The notes: generated from the letters alone by a model not told the origin. DNA of 64,000 bases from Dehalococcoidia bacterium (GCA_965249275.1 CBDFLQ010000005.1:64001-128000); one strand, 5' to 3'. Positions 1-9,907 are shown, numbered from the stretch's first letter. Numbers and translations are program-made.

Positions 1-440
1 TCTCCCCCGACAATCACAGGGAACGACCCCCGCGCCAATATCTGCCTCACTGCGTGGGTGGTCTTGGCATAGTTATTCTCGACGTCCGACGGGATGATGG
101 TCACGTCCCCGCAGTCGGCCATGGTGACGCCGCGGAGCATCATCTCCTTCCGGTCGATATCGAAGTAGCCCTGGGCCTCCTTGTCCTCGAAGGCGTCCAT
201 GTAGTCATAGATGCGGTTGACGTAGCGGATGCCGTTGGGCCCAAACCGGGCCCCGGGCCGGGCGTAGGTGCCCTGGTCGTACGGCACCCCCAGGAAAGCG
301 ACATCCGCATCCAGCTCATCGATATTATTCACGAGCGGAGTGCGGAAGAACGACATCGGCACCGCCCGAGTCGCGGGCCACGGCCCATCCCACGTATCCT
401 TCAGTTCGAGAGATCGGTTAGGCTCATGCTCGGCAGTCAT
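1..440 (-). CDS. Agmatinase/arginase-family ureohydrolase (partial, runs off window start)
   Basis: Not in the ORF track. Manual translation from ATG at 440 (GGAGG upstream): MTAEHEPN...DADVAFLGVPYDQGTYARPGARFGPNGIR...MADCGDV...GSFPVIVGG, a typical ureohydrolase N-terminus. Confidence 0.85.
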   Translation of the reverse strand, partial: MTAEHEPNRSLELKDTWDGPWPATRAVPMSFFRTPLVNNIDELDADVAFLGVPYDQGTYARPGARFGPNGIRYVNRIYDYMDAFEDKEAQGYFDIDRKEMMLRGVTMADCGDVTIIPSDVENNYAKTTHAVRQILARGSFPVIVGG

Positions 441-561
441 AACGCACCTCCACGACAGTCGGGGCTAGGGGTGGGGATTATACACCCTCCCACCCCACCC
501 CCCTCCCATCCCGAGACCCCGCGAGGGACCTAAAACGCCCCTCCCCACATCCACCCCATTC

Positions 562-683
562 CCCAAGTCGCGGACCAAGGCCCATCCCAGTCATCCTTCA
601 GCTTCTGCCACCCATTAGGCTCATGCTCACCACTCATAACTCACCTCCAACGAGGGTCTCGGGGGTTGGGGGTGGGGATTATA
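562..683 (-). pseudogene. Degenerate duplicate of the agmatinase promoter, RBS and first ~24 codons
   Basis: Aligns with ~365-483; reads MSGEHEPNGWQKLKDDWDGPWSAT versus MTAEHEPNRSLELKDTWDGPWPAT, then diverges to a stop. Confidence 0.75.
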
Positions 684-962
684 CCGCGTCGGGGGCGGGG
701 CGTAGGGCGGGCCAGATCCCCTCTCCCTCGACGGAAGAAGGCCTCGGTGGGGTGATTCCTTTCCTCGAAGCTTCGGGATGAATAACACAATGGATGATCG
801 AAGGTTTTACGAAGCTGCGCTTATGAAAATTCGAAGGGGTCCTCTACGCTTCGCCAGTGCCTCTACATCCTTGGCGCAGTCCGAGTAGAGACTTAAACCT
901 TAACATCCATAACCCGTAGTACCTTGCTACGAGGCGTTGAAAACATTAGCATTCGATTTACT

Positions 963-2012
963 ATGGATTTTGTTAAGCCAGAATATGACAGGCGAGATGT
1001 CGATTGGGCGGGTTCAATGCTCAGAGGACCTCGGGAACTCTTCAAATTCTACGACCCGAATGGGATTGACCCTGAGATCGTCATCAACAACTGGCGATCA
1101 TCTCATGCATATGTGCTCAATACGTTTCAAATGGCTTTACGTCATCGAGCAATTAAGGTAGACAAAGGTGCAATTGTAGCTCAGCGTAGCAAGCGCAGGA
1201 CCTCTATCAAGGCAAAACTTGAACGTATGGATAGCTTACGGCTCTCAGAAATGCAAGACATTGCAGGGTGCAGGGCGATAGTGAGTTCGGTTAAGCAAGT
1301 TTACGAATTGGTCGAGGGTTACAAGCGTCGATACTCAAAGCACAAACTTGTTGATGAAGATGACTACATCAAGCATCCCAAATCAGATGGCTACCGAGGT
1401 TATCATCTCATATACCGCTACTACAATTCGAAATTTCCTGCATATAAAGGGCTAAAGGTAGAAATACAACTACGCTCTGGGCTGCAGCACTGTTGGGCTA
1501 CTGCAGTCGAAACCACAGACATCTTCGAACGTCAGGGATTGAAGGCGCATCAAGGAACTCCAGAATGGAGGCGCTTCTTTGCGTTAATGGGAGCCGCTAT
1601 AGCAATGCGTGAAGACTGTAAGACGGTTCCCAGAACGCCGCGTAACTGGCGCGATCTCACTACTGAATTGCGAGAGGCTGCCATGCAGTTGAATGTGAAG
1701 TCGCGGCTCAGTGCTTTTGGTGCAACGCTCAAGATTATTGGCGAGGCAGATACGCAACGAGCAGGCATCAGACATGTTCTTTTGTTTCTTGACCCAGATG
1801 AAGGTAATGAACGACTTTCCCTGTATGGCTTTCCAACCAGAAATATGGATGATGCAGCGAAGCAATACTACATCCGAGAATTAGAGAAAAAAGAGGGCAC
1901 AGACGCCGTTCTCGTTTCAGTATCAGATGCTGCAACCCTTAGGCGCGCCTATCCAAATTATTTCCTTGATACAGACGTGTTCTTACAAACGCTTGACGAA
2001 TTTATCTCGTGA
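963..2012 (+). CDS. RelA/SpoT small alarmone synthetase-family protein, fused CapRel-like toxin-antitoxin
   Basis: Synthetase motifs QRSKRRTSIKAKL, MQDIAGCR, DGYRGYH, EIQLRS..QH.WA; C-terminal LRRAYPNYF contains a YxxY motif; lower GC than flanks. Confidence 0.85.
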   Translation: MDFVKPEYDRRDVDWAGSMLRGPRELFKFYDPNGIDPEIVINNWRSSHAYVLNTFQMALRHRAIKVDKGAIVAQRSKRRTSIKAKLERMDSLRLSEMQDIAGCRAIVSSVKQVYELVEGYKRRYSKHKLVDEDDYIKHPKSDGYRGYHLIYRYYNSKFPAYKGLKVEIQLRSGLQHCWATAVETTDIFERQGLKAHQGTPEWRRFFALMGAAIAMREDCKTVPRTPRNWRDLTTELREAAMQLNVKSRLSAFGATLKIIGEADTQRAGIRHVLLFLDPDEGNERLSLYGFPTRNMDDAAKQYYIRELEKKEGTDAVLVSVSDAATLRRAYPNYFLDTDVFLQTLDEFIS

Positions 2013-2188
2013 ATCACCTTTTGGGTTCTGATTTGTAGAAAAGTCATTATTGAGTCATGGCTTGACGCAGAACCACCATCCCCCTCCCCTCTACCTCGTC
2101 GCTAAGGCCTCCACGATCCCCCACCTCCCCCCAAAAAAAGAAGCCGACCCCCATCAGGAAGGTCGGCCCCTTTGCGGTCTTTCAGTCC

Positions 2189-2851
2189 CTATGCGCTCAA
2201 CCGGAACGGCGGATACCGGTCCGTCGTCAGCAGGAAGGCGTACGCGCCGACGCGGTAGCTCCACCGCATCACGCCAACCACGAACTCGAACATTCCTTGG
2301 GGATACCGGCCTGTGACCAGGATCAACAGCCAAGCCAGTATCGTGACCAGAATGGCCAGGACCCCAAGAACGGCGAGAATTATGTAGTGCGGAATGGCCA
2401 AAAGCCACTTGAAGATGGGCAAGACCCGGTTCAGATCAGTCTCGGCGTTCGGATACTCGATCTGCAGATGCACCGACTGCTCTTCGTCCGTGGAGGGATA
2501 CTCGTCCCGGAGCACCAACAGAAACGACTCAATCCTCGCCGTGAACCGGCTCAACTCCAGGTTCCAATCGAACCACCACCTGGGATACTTCTTACGGAAC
2601 ACGATCATCAGCAGGGGCCCGATAAACAAAAACCCGCCGGCAGAGATGGGCAGCAACGCCTCGTTCAGTTCCGGGCTCCCCGTGTCGAAGTAGCCACCTA
2701 TGAAGGCACTCACCACGAGAATCGGTATCGCCAGGATGATTCGCAGCAATACCGACAGCCGGTTCCTCGACGCCTGATAATCCACGGATAACTGCACCGG
2801 ATAGTCGGAACCCCCGCCCCCCATATTGGAATTCGCTTCACTCTGCGCCAT
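2189..2851 (-). CDS. DUF4389-domain membrane protein
   Basis: Two repeats of R..LAIP...TGRYP...RW..RV.AY..L.TD.YPPF. Confidence 0.85.
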   Translation of the reverse strand: MAQSEANSNMGGGGSDYPVQLSVDYQASRNRLSVLLRIILAIPILVVSAFIGGYFDTGSPELNEALLPISAGGFLFIGPLLMIVFRKKYPRWWFDWNLELSRFTARIESFLLVLRDEYPSTDEEQSVHLQIEYPNAETDLNRVLPIFKWLLAIPHYIILAVLGVLAILVTILAWLLILVTGRYPQGMFEFVVGVMRWSYRVGAYAFLLTTDRYPPFRLSA

Positions 2852-3025
2852 GAAAACCTCCCAAATAGAAATTCACAAACCCAGCCGCCACATCCATTCG
2901 CCGAGCATAGCAGAAAGAGGCCGTCCCGTGTCCCACCCGACATGGCTGCGGAAATAGCCCAACGGCTTCCTTGAATCTCACCCTCAGGCCTCTGGCTCGA
3001 CCCCCCCTCACCGCCTCGCAGAACC

Positions 3026-3424
3026 CTAAGCCCCCACCAACACCACCCCCTGCATCCGGGCCAGTCTCCGGTCTAATGTGTAAAGAGACGTAGCTCCCAC
3101 CCGCTCGGCCGCCGCGAGAATCATCAGGTCCGAAAACCCGACTCCCCCCTGGCGGTAGCGATGCGCCGCCGCAACGACGTCATCCGCATTCTCGATTACG
3201 AGACTATCCGAAGCTGTCAAGTCCATCAGCGCCTCGGCAATCCGTGTGCGAGGGAACCGGTAGCTGCGCTCCAACACCCATGCAGCCTCGATCACTACCT
3301 CGCGGCATATGAAGCCTGGATTGTCGGAAGTCAATTGCTCCAGCAGCGAACGGGCGGCCTCCGACTGTCCCGGGTCGTCCGCCACCAAGTAGCGTACGAT
3401 CACGTTGGTGTCGACCGCGGTCAT
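3026..3424 (-). CDS. vapC: PIN-domain (VapC) toxin
   Basis: N-terminal AVDTNVIVRYL, C-terminal TLD motif; overlaps the upstream antitoxin stop. Confidence 0.9.
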   Translation of the reverse strand: MTAVDTNVIVRYLVADDPGQSEAARSLLEQLTSDNPGFICREVVIEAAWVLERSYRFPRTRIAEALMDLTASDSLVIENADDVVAAAHRYRQGGVGFSDLMILAAAERVGATSLYTLDRRLARMQGVVLVGA

Positions 3425-3654
3425 CCTTCACTCGCCCCCTCTGCGATGGCCTTGTCCATATCTTCCAGGCTCACCGACGGACCGTCGTACTTCAAGCTGC
3501 CGAACAGACGGCTCGTGGGCCGGACCGGCATTATCAGCACTCCCTCATCCAGGATCACGTACCGGACCTTGTCCCCCGCCTTCACCGACAGAGATTCCCT
3601 CACCGCTTTGGGCAGCGTCGTCTGCCCCTTCACCGTTATGCTCGATTCAAACAT
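3421..3654 (-). CDS. AbrB/MazE-family antitoxin
   Basis: SITVKGQTTLPKAVRESLSVKAGDKV swapped-hairpin motif. Confidence 0.9.
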   Translation of the reverse strand: MFESSITVKGQTTLPKAVRESLSVKAGDKVRYVILDEGVLIMPVRPTSRLFGSLKYDGPSVSLEDMDKAIAEGASEG

Positions 3655-3912
3655 GAAAACTCCCCTTCACGTCCCAGTATAGGTCATATCCTTTCATATT
3701 AGGTAATAGCAATGCGTTTAGCCTTATTGTAAGGCAATCACTGTTCCAAAAGTAGGTGGATGGGCCGCTCATCCTGAGCGGAGTCGAAGGGTCGAGCGGG
3801 GGGTGGCCCACGCACTGCCAATGCGTCGCATCTGCTAACCCCCCCAAAACAAGAGGCCGACCCCCATTCAGGCGGGCCGGCCCCTCTACGCCTGGTCTAT
3901 GCAATCTGACGG

Positions 3913-5241
3913 CTATGCTTCTTTTTCAACCACCGTCAACGCTTCGTCGATAATGGATACCATCTCGTCCGCCTCTTCACGGGTTAGCGTGAGGGGCGGG
4001 GCGATGTAGAGGAAGGGCTCCGTCCGGGTCAACATGCCCCGGTTCTCCATCTCCTCCACCAGCCTCTTCAGCTTCGGCGCACCCTTCGGGAACGGCTTGC
4101 CCGTGGCCTTGTCCTCAAGTAGCTCGACGGACAGGAGCAGACCGGTCCCGTGGACCTCGCTCACCATCGAATGCTCTTTCAGCGTTTCCAGCTGCCCCTT
4201 CAGGTAGGCCCCCGTCTCCGCCGAGTTCTGCACCAACTCCTCTTCCTCGATGATCGCCAGGTTGGCCAGCGCCGCCGCCGCCCCCGCCGGGTGCCCCGAG
4301 TACGTGTACCCGTGGGTGAACGTCTTGTCCCCGTCACCCTTGAAGGCGTCGTAGACCTTGTTGGTCACCATCACGCCGCCGACAGGCTGGTAGCCGCTGG
4401 TGACGCCCTTGGCGAAGGTCATCAGGTCGGCGGTGACGTTCCAGTGCTCCATGGCGAACATCTTGCCTGTCCGACCGAAGCCCGTGATCACCTCGTCGGC
4501 GACCATCAGGACACCGTACCTGTCGCATATCTCCCGGATCTTGGGCCAGTAGTCGTCATCGGGGACTTTCATGCCCTTGGGCACGGAGATCGGCTCGGTG
4601 ATGAAACCGGCGACGGTCTCGGGCCCCTCGAACTTGATCATCTCCTCCACGTCCTCCGCCGTCTCCCCGACAAACTTGGTGTCGATCAGCATCGGGTCCC
4701 AGATGTCCCTGTGCACATTGGGCGCGCTGTTCATGCTCAGGGCACCCACGCTGACCCCGTGGTAAGAGCCCCTGCGGGCGATGAACTTGGTCCTGCGGGG
4801 CTGGCCGTTGTTCACGTGGTACTGCCGGATGATCTTCAGCGCCGTGTCCACCGCCTCCGACCCGCCGCTGGCCAGGAACACCCTGTTCAGGTCTCCGGGA
4901 GCCAGCTCAGCCAGCTTCTTCGACAGCTTGATCGTAGGGACTGCGGGGTACGCGAAGGTGTTGGCGTAGTGAAGAGCGCCCAGCTGGTCGGCCACCGCCT
5001 CCGCAATCTTCGTGCGCCCGTGCCCGACATTCACCAGGAACAACCCCCCGATCGCGTCGATGTAGGTGGTCCCGTCACTGTCGGTCATTCGAATGCCGTC
5101 GCCCTCGACAATGATCTTCGGGCCACCCTTGCTCAGCAGGTCGTTGTACTGAGAGAAGGGCATCCACAGGTGGTCCATTGCCGCCTGCTTCAGGTCTCCA
5201 AAATCTGCATCGGCATAAGTTTTGCCGTTTGACTTCGCCAT
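3913..5241 (-). CDS. Class III PLP aminotransferase
   Basis: GSEAVDTALK, ADEVITGFGRTG, TFAKG, HGYTYSGHP motifs. Confidence 0.95.
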   Translation of the reverse strand: MAKSNGKTYADADFGDLKQAAMDHLWMPFSQYNDLLSKGGPKIIVEGDGIRMTDSDGTTYIDAIGGLFLVNVGHGRTKIAEAVADQLGALHYANTFAYPAVPTIKLSKKLAELAPGDLNRVFLASGGSEAVDTALKIIRQYHVNNGQPRRTKFIARRGSYHGVSVGALSMNSAPNVHRDIWDPMLIDTKFVGETAEDVEEMIKFEGPETVAGFITEPISVPKGMKVPDDDYWPKIREICDRYGVLMVADEVITGFGRTGKMFAMEHWNVTADLMTFAKGVTSGYQPVGGVMVTNKVYDAFKGDGDKTFTHGYTYSGHPAGAAAALANLAIIEEEELVQNSAETGAYLKGQLETLKEHSMVSEVHGTGLLLSVELLEDKATGKPFPKGAPKLKRLVEEMENRGMLTRTEPFLYIAPPLTLTREEADEMVSIIDEALTVVEKEA

Positions 5242-5342
5242 TTAAGTCCTCCTTAAACTGTCAATCCCCGTATCAATAGGGGGAATTATACACCCGACGC
5301 CCCTCCCCGCCACCCGAGCCCCTAGACCCCTTGCCCGGTAGG

Positions 5343-5900
5343 CTACTCCGGCGCTGAGAACACGCCTTCCACCTCCAGCGCTAGTCCTTTCAAAGTAGGA
5401 GAGGTTAGTTTATCTCCGGCTCCATACTCCCCGGCCACCCGATAGCCGCCAGCTTCAAGGACCAACACACGGATCGAACGGGTGTCCGGGTCCGCAATCC
5501 AATATTCACCGACTCCGTGTCGTGCGTAGATTTCCCACTTCCTGACCATGTCACGTTCCGGGTTGTTGGGCGATATAACCTCAACAACTAGCTCGGGCAC
5601 GCCGCGAATATTATCCGCCCCAAGAATGGACTTCCGATCCTTTGATATGAATATCACGTCGGGCTGTACCACGTTGGTATCTGAAAGGACCACGTCCGTC
5701 GGCGCGATGAAAACTTCACCCAAACCTCTCTCCAACACGAAGTCTTCCACGAGACGCGCCATCCGAAACAACGCTTTCTGATGAGCAAGATTCGGCGCGG
5801 CTGTCAAGACCAGTTCGCCTTCAAGCAGCTCATGGCGTTCGTCGTCCGGTGCATTGCGGTAGTCCTCGTACGTGAGAACGGCAGTATTGACGTTGGCCAT
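5343..5900 (-). CDS. Uma2-family (DUF820) endonuclease
   Basis: HELLEGEL, VVQPDV, PELVVEVISP, YARHGVGEYWIADP. Confidence 0.92.
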   Translation of the reverse strand: MANVNTAVLTYEDYRNAPDDERHELLEGELVLTAAPNLAHQKALFRMARLVEDFVLERGLGEVFIAPTDVVLSDTNVVQPDVIFISKDRKSILGADNIRGVPELVVEVISPNNPERDMVRKWEIYARHGVGEYWIADPDTRSIRVLVLEAGGYRVAGEYGAGDKLTSPTLKGLALEVEGVFSAPE

Positions 5901-6034
5901 TTCAAACCTCCTCCCCCGACCTATCTGCTTCCAAGTTTACACTACCCCTAGTTCGATAGCTGTTCAGCCCTCGGCGTGTTGAAGGCTCGCATTCTACAAC
6001 TTTCTACGGCACCCCTCCCCACCACCCGAGTGCC

Positions 6035-6433
6035 CTATAAGGGCCGGACTCCGGGCAACGAGGCCATCCTCCGGTCAAGCGTCAGGACCTCTAGCTCGGC
6101 ACGGGAATAGTCGTCCGCTATGAGCCGATCAAAGAGTCCAGCACCTCCGGAAACGTGCAGTACATCAATCACCGCCCGACCGTTAAGAGGAGCGACAAGG
6201 CCGCTTTGCAATGTTCTCGACAACTCGGTTAGGGCGTCGGCCTTGGATATTCCGTAGTGGTGCTGAACGGTGACATACGCCTCCCCAATAACTTGGTTCG
6301 AGGCAAATATCTCCGCGCCGTGGTCTTCAACTAACATTCTCAGTTCGCTCAAACAATAATTGAAGTGATCCGCCGGCTTTCCGGTTATCAATCGCACCAA
6401 GACGGAAGTGTCAATCCCGAAGCGCTGGGTCAT
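6035..6433 (-). CDS. vapC: PIN-domain (VapC) toxin
   Basis: GIDTSVLVRL...TLDRR; start placed at ATG 6433 after GGAGGAGG. Confidence 0.85.
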   Translation of the reverse strand: MTQRFGIDTSVLVRLITGKPADHFNYCLSELRMLVEDHGAEIFASNQVIGEAYVTVQHHYGISKADALTELSRTLQSGLVAPLNGRAVIDVLHVSGGAGLFDRLIADDYSRAELEVLTLDRRMASLPGVRPL

Positions 6434-6671
6434 ACCCCTCCTCCCGAAACTTGTCAATGTCGAACGGAGGATGGTCGGGTGGAATCTTGTCCCTCAACCC
6501 CCCGAGCATCGACACATCAATCCGTCTCGGGCGAAGGATGAATCCGTCGGGGCTCTCTTCCAGTTCCAGCCGGTCACCCGGGCCCACACCCAGAGCATCC
6601 AACACCCGGGCCGGGAATGTGACTTGTCGCTTCGACGTAATCTTCACTAGCATGGGAACCTCCTTACCCAT
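6411..6671 (-). CDS. AbrB/MazE-family antitoxin
   Basis: KITSKRQVTFPARVLDALGVGPGDRL. Confidence 0.88.
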   Translation of the reverse strand: MGKEVPMLVKITSKRQVTFPARVLDALGVGPGDRLELEESPDGFILRPRRIDVSMLGGLRDKIPPDHPPFDIDKFREEGYDPALRD

Positions 6672-6781
6672 ATGATATATATGTAAGGTGGTTTAGACAA
6701 GGGTTTACCCCCCAATAGCCTCCCCCCACCCCCCTGCTCTAAAATATGTTTAGGCCCTATTCATTCGAGGAGCAAACATTC

Positions 6782-7117
6782 ATGCCTGAAGACGCCCCCG
6801 CAACCCCCAGCTACACCATGGGCTACAGCGAGGAATTCCGGCAGATGCTCGACTAGCGCAGCGCCGAGACCCACGCCGCCTATCTACTACCCCACCTCAA
6901 ACCCGGCCACCGAGTCCTCGACTTCGGCTGTGGCCCCGGCACCATCTCCGTCGGGCTCGCACGCACGGTCTACCCCGGAGAGGTGCACGGCACCAAGTTC
7001 GGCTTGGCTACCCAGGAGCAGTTTGATGAATGGAGCGCCAGCCTGGACGATTGGAAAGCCGACCCCGCGGCCTCGGGCGCCCTCCCCTTTGGAGAGTGCG
7101 TGGCCTTCAATCCATAG
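6782..7117 (+). pseudogene. SAM-dependent methyltransferase pseudogene
   Basis: GAGGAG + ATG 6782; MPED...QMLD*RSAETHAAYLLPHLKPGHRVLDFGCGPGTIS; in-frame TAG and apparent large internal deletion after motif I. Confidence 0.8.
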
Positions 7118-7145
7118 CATACCGGTTAGCTGATAGGAGAGAGAG

Positions 7146-7640
7146 ATGAGCGCTATTAAACTTCTGGCCGCCGTCTACATGCTCCTGGTGGCTGCGGCCG
7201 TGGCCGTCAATTTCATCGCCATCCTCTTCTATGACCCTCCATTGGGGGGCGGGTGGTTCGCTTACTCCTCTTTGTCCGACCCTGACCCTGTGTTGGGAGA
7301 TGCCGGGTTGACCGCCTGGCAGATTCTTGACCCTCTGATGGTAGCCGGTGTGATCATGGTCCTGATGTTTGCTTTCGGCGCAAAGCGCCGCCGGGACTCC
7401 GACTCCTCCAACAGGGCTATCGACCGGGAGTACCTGGAGGCCAACGTTACTTTCTATTTCTCCGGAGTCCTCCTCCTCGCCCTCCTCTGGAACTGGATTT
7501 CATCGCAGTGGGTGGTACCCGCCGGCTACAATGGTCTGCTCTGGGTATTCATCGATACCACCCTGCCCTTCCTCCTCGCCTCTACCGGTATCCGACTCCT
7601 CCGCCGGGACCCGGCCTTTAATTGCAGTCCCAAACAATAG
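7146..7640 (+). CDS. Hypothetical membrane protein (about 4 TM)
   Basis: ORF with RBS and four hydrophobic segments. Confidence 0.7.
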   Translation: MSAIKLLAAVYMLLVAAAVAVNFIAILFYDPPLGGGWFAYSSLSDPDPVLGDAGLTAWQILDPLMVAGVIMVLMFAFGAKRRRDSDSSNRAIDREYLEANVTFYFSGVLLLALLWNWISSQWVVPAGYNGLLWVFIDTTLPFLLASTGIRLLRRDPAFNCSPKQ

Positions 7641-7659
7641 TCACCGGAGTTTTTAGCCA

Positions 7660-9381
7660 ATGGTAGAGAATGTTCTCAAGCGCAGACGCGTTATTCTTGG
7701 CGGTGTAGGGATAGTCGTCGCCCTTGTCCTCTTGCTGAGCTTCCGATGCGGCGGGGAAGAGACACTCACCATCCTCTATTGGCAGGCCCCCTCCACCCCC
7801 AACCCCTACCTTTCGGGCGGGTTCAAGGACAGGGACGCCGGTGCCATCAGTCTCCAGCCCTTGGCCTACTTCGGCCCCAATGGCGCCCTTGTCCCGGCCC
7901 TCGCCGAGGACATCCCCACCCTCCAGAACGGCGGCATCTCCCAGGACCTCACCTCAATCACCTGGAATCTTAAGGACGACCTCAACTGGTCCGACGGCAG
8001 CGACCTCACCGCCGATGACGTGGTATTCACCTGGCGCTATTGCACCGACGAAGCTACAGGTTGCACCGCCAGCAGTTCATTCGCCGACATAACTTCCGTG
8101 GAGGCCCTGGACGACTCGACCGTCAAGATAACCTTCCACACCCCCACACCCTACCCCTACGTCCCCTTCGTCAGTTCCGGGGCACCGGTTCTCAGCCAGG
8201 CCCAATTCGCCGACTGTGTCGGTGCAGCGGCCGCAGACTGTGATGACGAGAATTTCGCCCCCCTGGGCCCGGGCCCCTACCGCATCGTCGAGTTCACCCC
8301 CGACGAACTGGCCGTCTACGAACGCAACCCCCACTACTACGGAGACAAGCCTTTTTTCGACCGTATCATCCTCAAGGGCGGCGGCGATGCTCTCACTGCC
8401 GCCAGGTCTGTCCTCGACGAAGGCGAGGCCGACTATGCCTGGAACCTCCAGATAGACCCCGAGACCCTCGCCACATTGGAGGCCGCTGGCAATGGCAAGG
8501 TTATCTCCGCGTTCTCAAGCCTTGTGGAGCGCATCGTCCTCAACCAGACCAACCCCGACCCCGCTCTCGGCGAAGACCGCTCCGATTACCTGGACGGCAC
8601 AAACCCCCATCCCTTCCTCACTTTCGCCCCCATCCCCCAAGCCATGTCCCTGGCCATCGACCGAAGCCTGGTATCCGAGAGGCTCTACGGCTTCGCAGGC
8701 GAGCCCACCTGCAACCTCATCGTCGGTCCCCCGACCTACGTGTCCACCGCAAACGACGGCTGTCTGACCCAGGACATCGGCGCCGCAAACCAGCTCCTCG
8801 AAGACAACGGCGTCCTGGACTCCGACGGAGACGGCATCCGCGAATACAACAGAGTTCCCCTAAAAATCACCTTCCAGACTTCCACCAATGACATCCGACA
8901 GGAGACCCAGGTCCTGGTCCAGGACTGGTGGTCGCAAATCGGCATCGAGACAGAAATCATCCACCACGACGCAGCCGCCTTCTTCGGTGGCGATCCCATA
9001 GCCGACAAGGACGCCCTCTACAGCCGCTTCTTCGCCGACGTCCAGATGTACGCCTCCGGCCCGGACATCGACCCTCAGCAATATCTCGTGGGCCTGACCT
9101 GCGAGGAAATCCCGGACCAGGACAACAACTGGGGCGGCGACAACGTTACGCGGGCCTGCAACCCGGAGTTCGACGAGTTAGTCAAGGAGCTTTCTCATAC
9201 CCCCATTGGCCCCGACCGCGACGCCCTCGTCAGACGGATGAATGACATCCAGGTACAGGCCTACTACGAGATTCCCCTGGTGAACCGAGGCATAGTCTCC
9301 GCCCACTCCGACACCCTAAAGGGGGTGCGTATCAACGGCTGGGACAGCGAGATGTGGAATATCGCCGAATGGCGTCGCTGA
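7660..9381 (+). CDS. Peptide ABC transporter substrate-binding protein (family 5)
   Basis: N-terminal anchor; WSDGSDLTADDVVFTW, GPGPY, RNPHY motifs. Confidence 0.92.
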   Translation: MVENVLKRRRVILGGVGIVVALVLLLSFRCGGEETLTILYWQAPSTPNPYLSGGFKDRDAGAISLQPLAYFGPNGALVPALAEDIPTLQNGGISQDLTSITWNLKDDLNWSDGSDLTADDVVFTWRYCTDEATGCTASSSFADITSVEALDDSTVKITFHTPTPYPYVPFVSSGAPVLSQAQFADCVGAAAADCDDENFAPLGPGPYRIVEFTPDELAVYERNPHYYGDKPFFDRIILKGGGDALTAARSVLDEGEADYAWNLQIDPETLATLEAAGNGKVISAFSSLVERIVLNQTNPDPALGEDRSDYLDGTNPHPFLTFAPIPQAMSLAIDRSLVSERLYGFAGEPTCNLIVGPPTYVSTANDGCLTQDIGAANQLLEDNGVLDSDGDGIREYNRVPLKITFQTSTNDIRQETQVLVQDWWSQIGIETEIIHHDAAAFFGGDPIADKDALYSRFFADVQMYASGPDIDPQQYLVGLTCEEIPDQDNNWGGDNVTRACNPEFDELVKELSHTPIGPDRDALVRRMNDIQVQAYYEIPLVNRGIVSAHSDTLKGVRINGWDSEMWNIAEWRR

Positions 9382-9520
9382 TTGACCTATTTCCTCTGTC
9401 CTACTATCCTCTATCACCTACGGGAGAGGTTGCGGTGATGACATATCAAGCCCTGCGCCAACCGGAGGATCCAATGAGGCGGGGATTATCCCAAGCTTCG
9501 TAGGCAAAAGCCGAGGCAGG
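9382..9520 (+). promoter_or_regulatory. Promoter plus structured leader resembling a variant glycine-riboswitch aptamer
   Basis: TTGACC-17-TATCCT (9382-9410), then GGGAGAG-stem-CCGGAGGA..CAA-stem-AAGCTTCGTAGGCAAAAG. Confidence 0.35.
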
Positions 9521-9568
9521 CATTAAACTGAAAAAGAGCGTGTTTGCTGAATTTTCGGGAGGCCGACC

Positions 9569-9907
9569 ATGAATGTAGAAGTCCAGAGACAAGACGGCAA
9601 TCTGATAGCCTTGGTTGAAGGATCCGTCGATGGCAATAACGCCGCCGCGTTCCAGGCTTCCTTGCAGGACTCAGTCCAGCAGGGCGATAAGTCGATGGTC
9701 TTGGACCTCGGGGCGCTAGTCTACATCAGCAGTGCCGGCTTGCGGGTCCTGCTGCTCGTCGCCAAGGACATGCAGAACAGTGGCGCAAACTTTGCAATCT
9801 GCTCTCTCCAGGGGCAGGTCAGGGAGCTTTTCTCGGTCAGCGGCTTCGACCAGATCATCCAGATCAGCGACTCCCAGGAAGACGCCATCAGCTCCTTCAA
9901 CCAGTAA
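9569..9907 (+). CDS. STAS-domain anti-sigma factor antagonist
   Basis: LDLGALVYISSAGLRVLL with the phosphorylatable Ser. Confidence 0.93.
   Translation: MNVEVQRQDGNLIALVEGSVDGNNAAAFQASLQDSVQQGDKSMVLDLGALVYISSAGLRVLLLVAKDMQNSGANFAICSLQGQVRELFSVSGFDQIIQISDSQEDAISSFNQ

Noticed and set aside
54-533. Plus-strand 159-aa ORF and the many other antisense/overlapping ORFs in the track (e.g. 4150-5232, 48457-49788, 40139-40888)
   Set aside because: Shadow ORFs of real genes on the opposite strand, expected at high GC
6782-7117. Pyrrolysine or amber read-through in the methyltransferase
   Set aside because: The gene also appears to have lost its central region, so simple pseudogenisation is more likely
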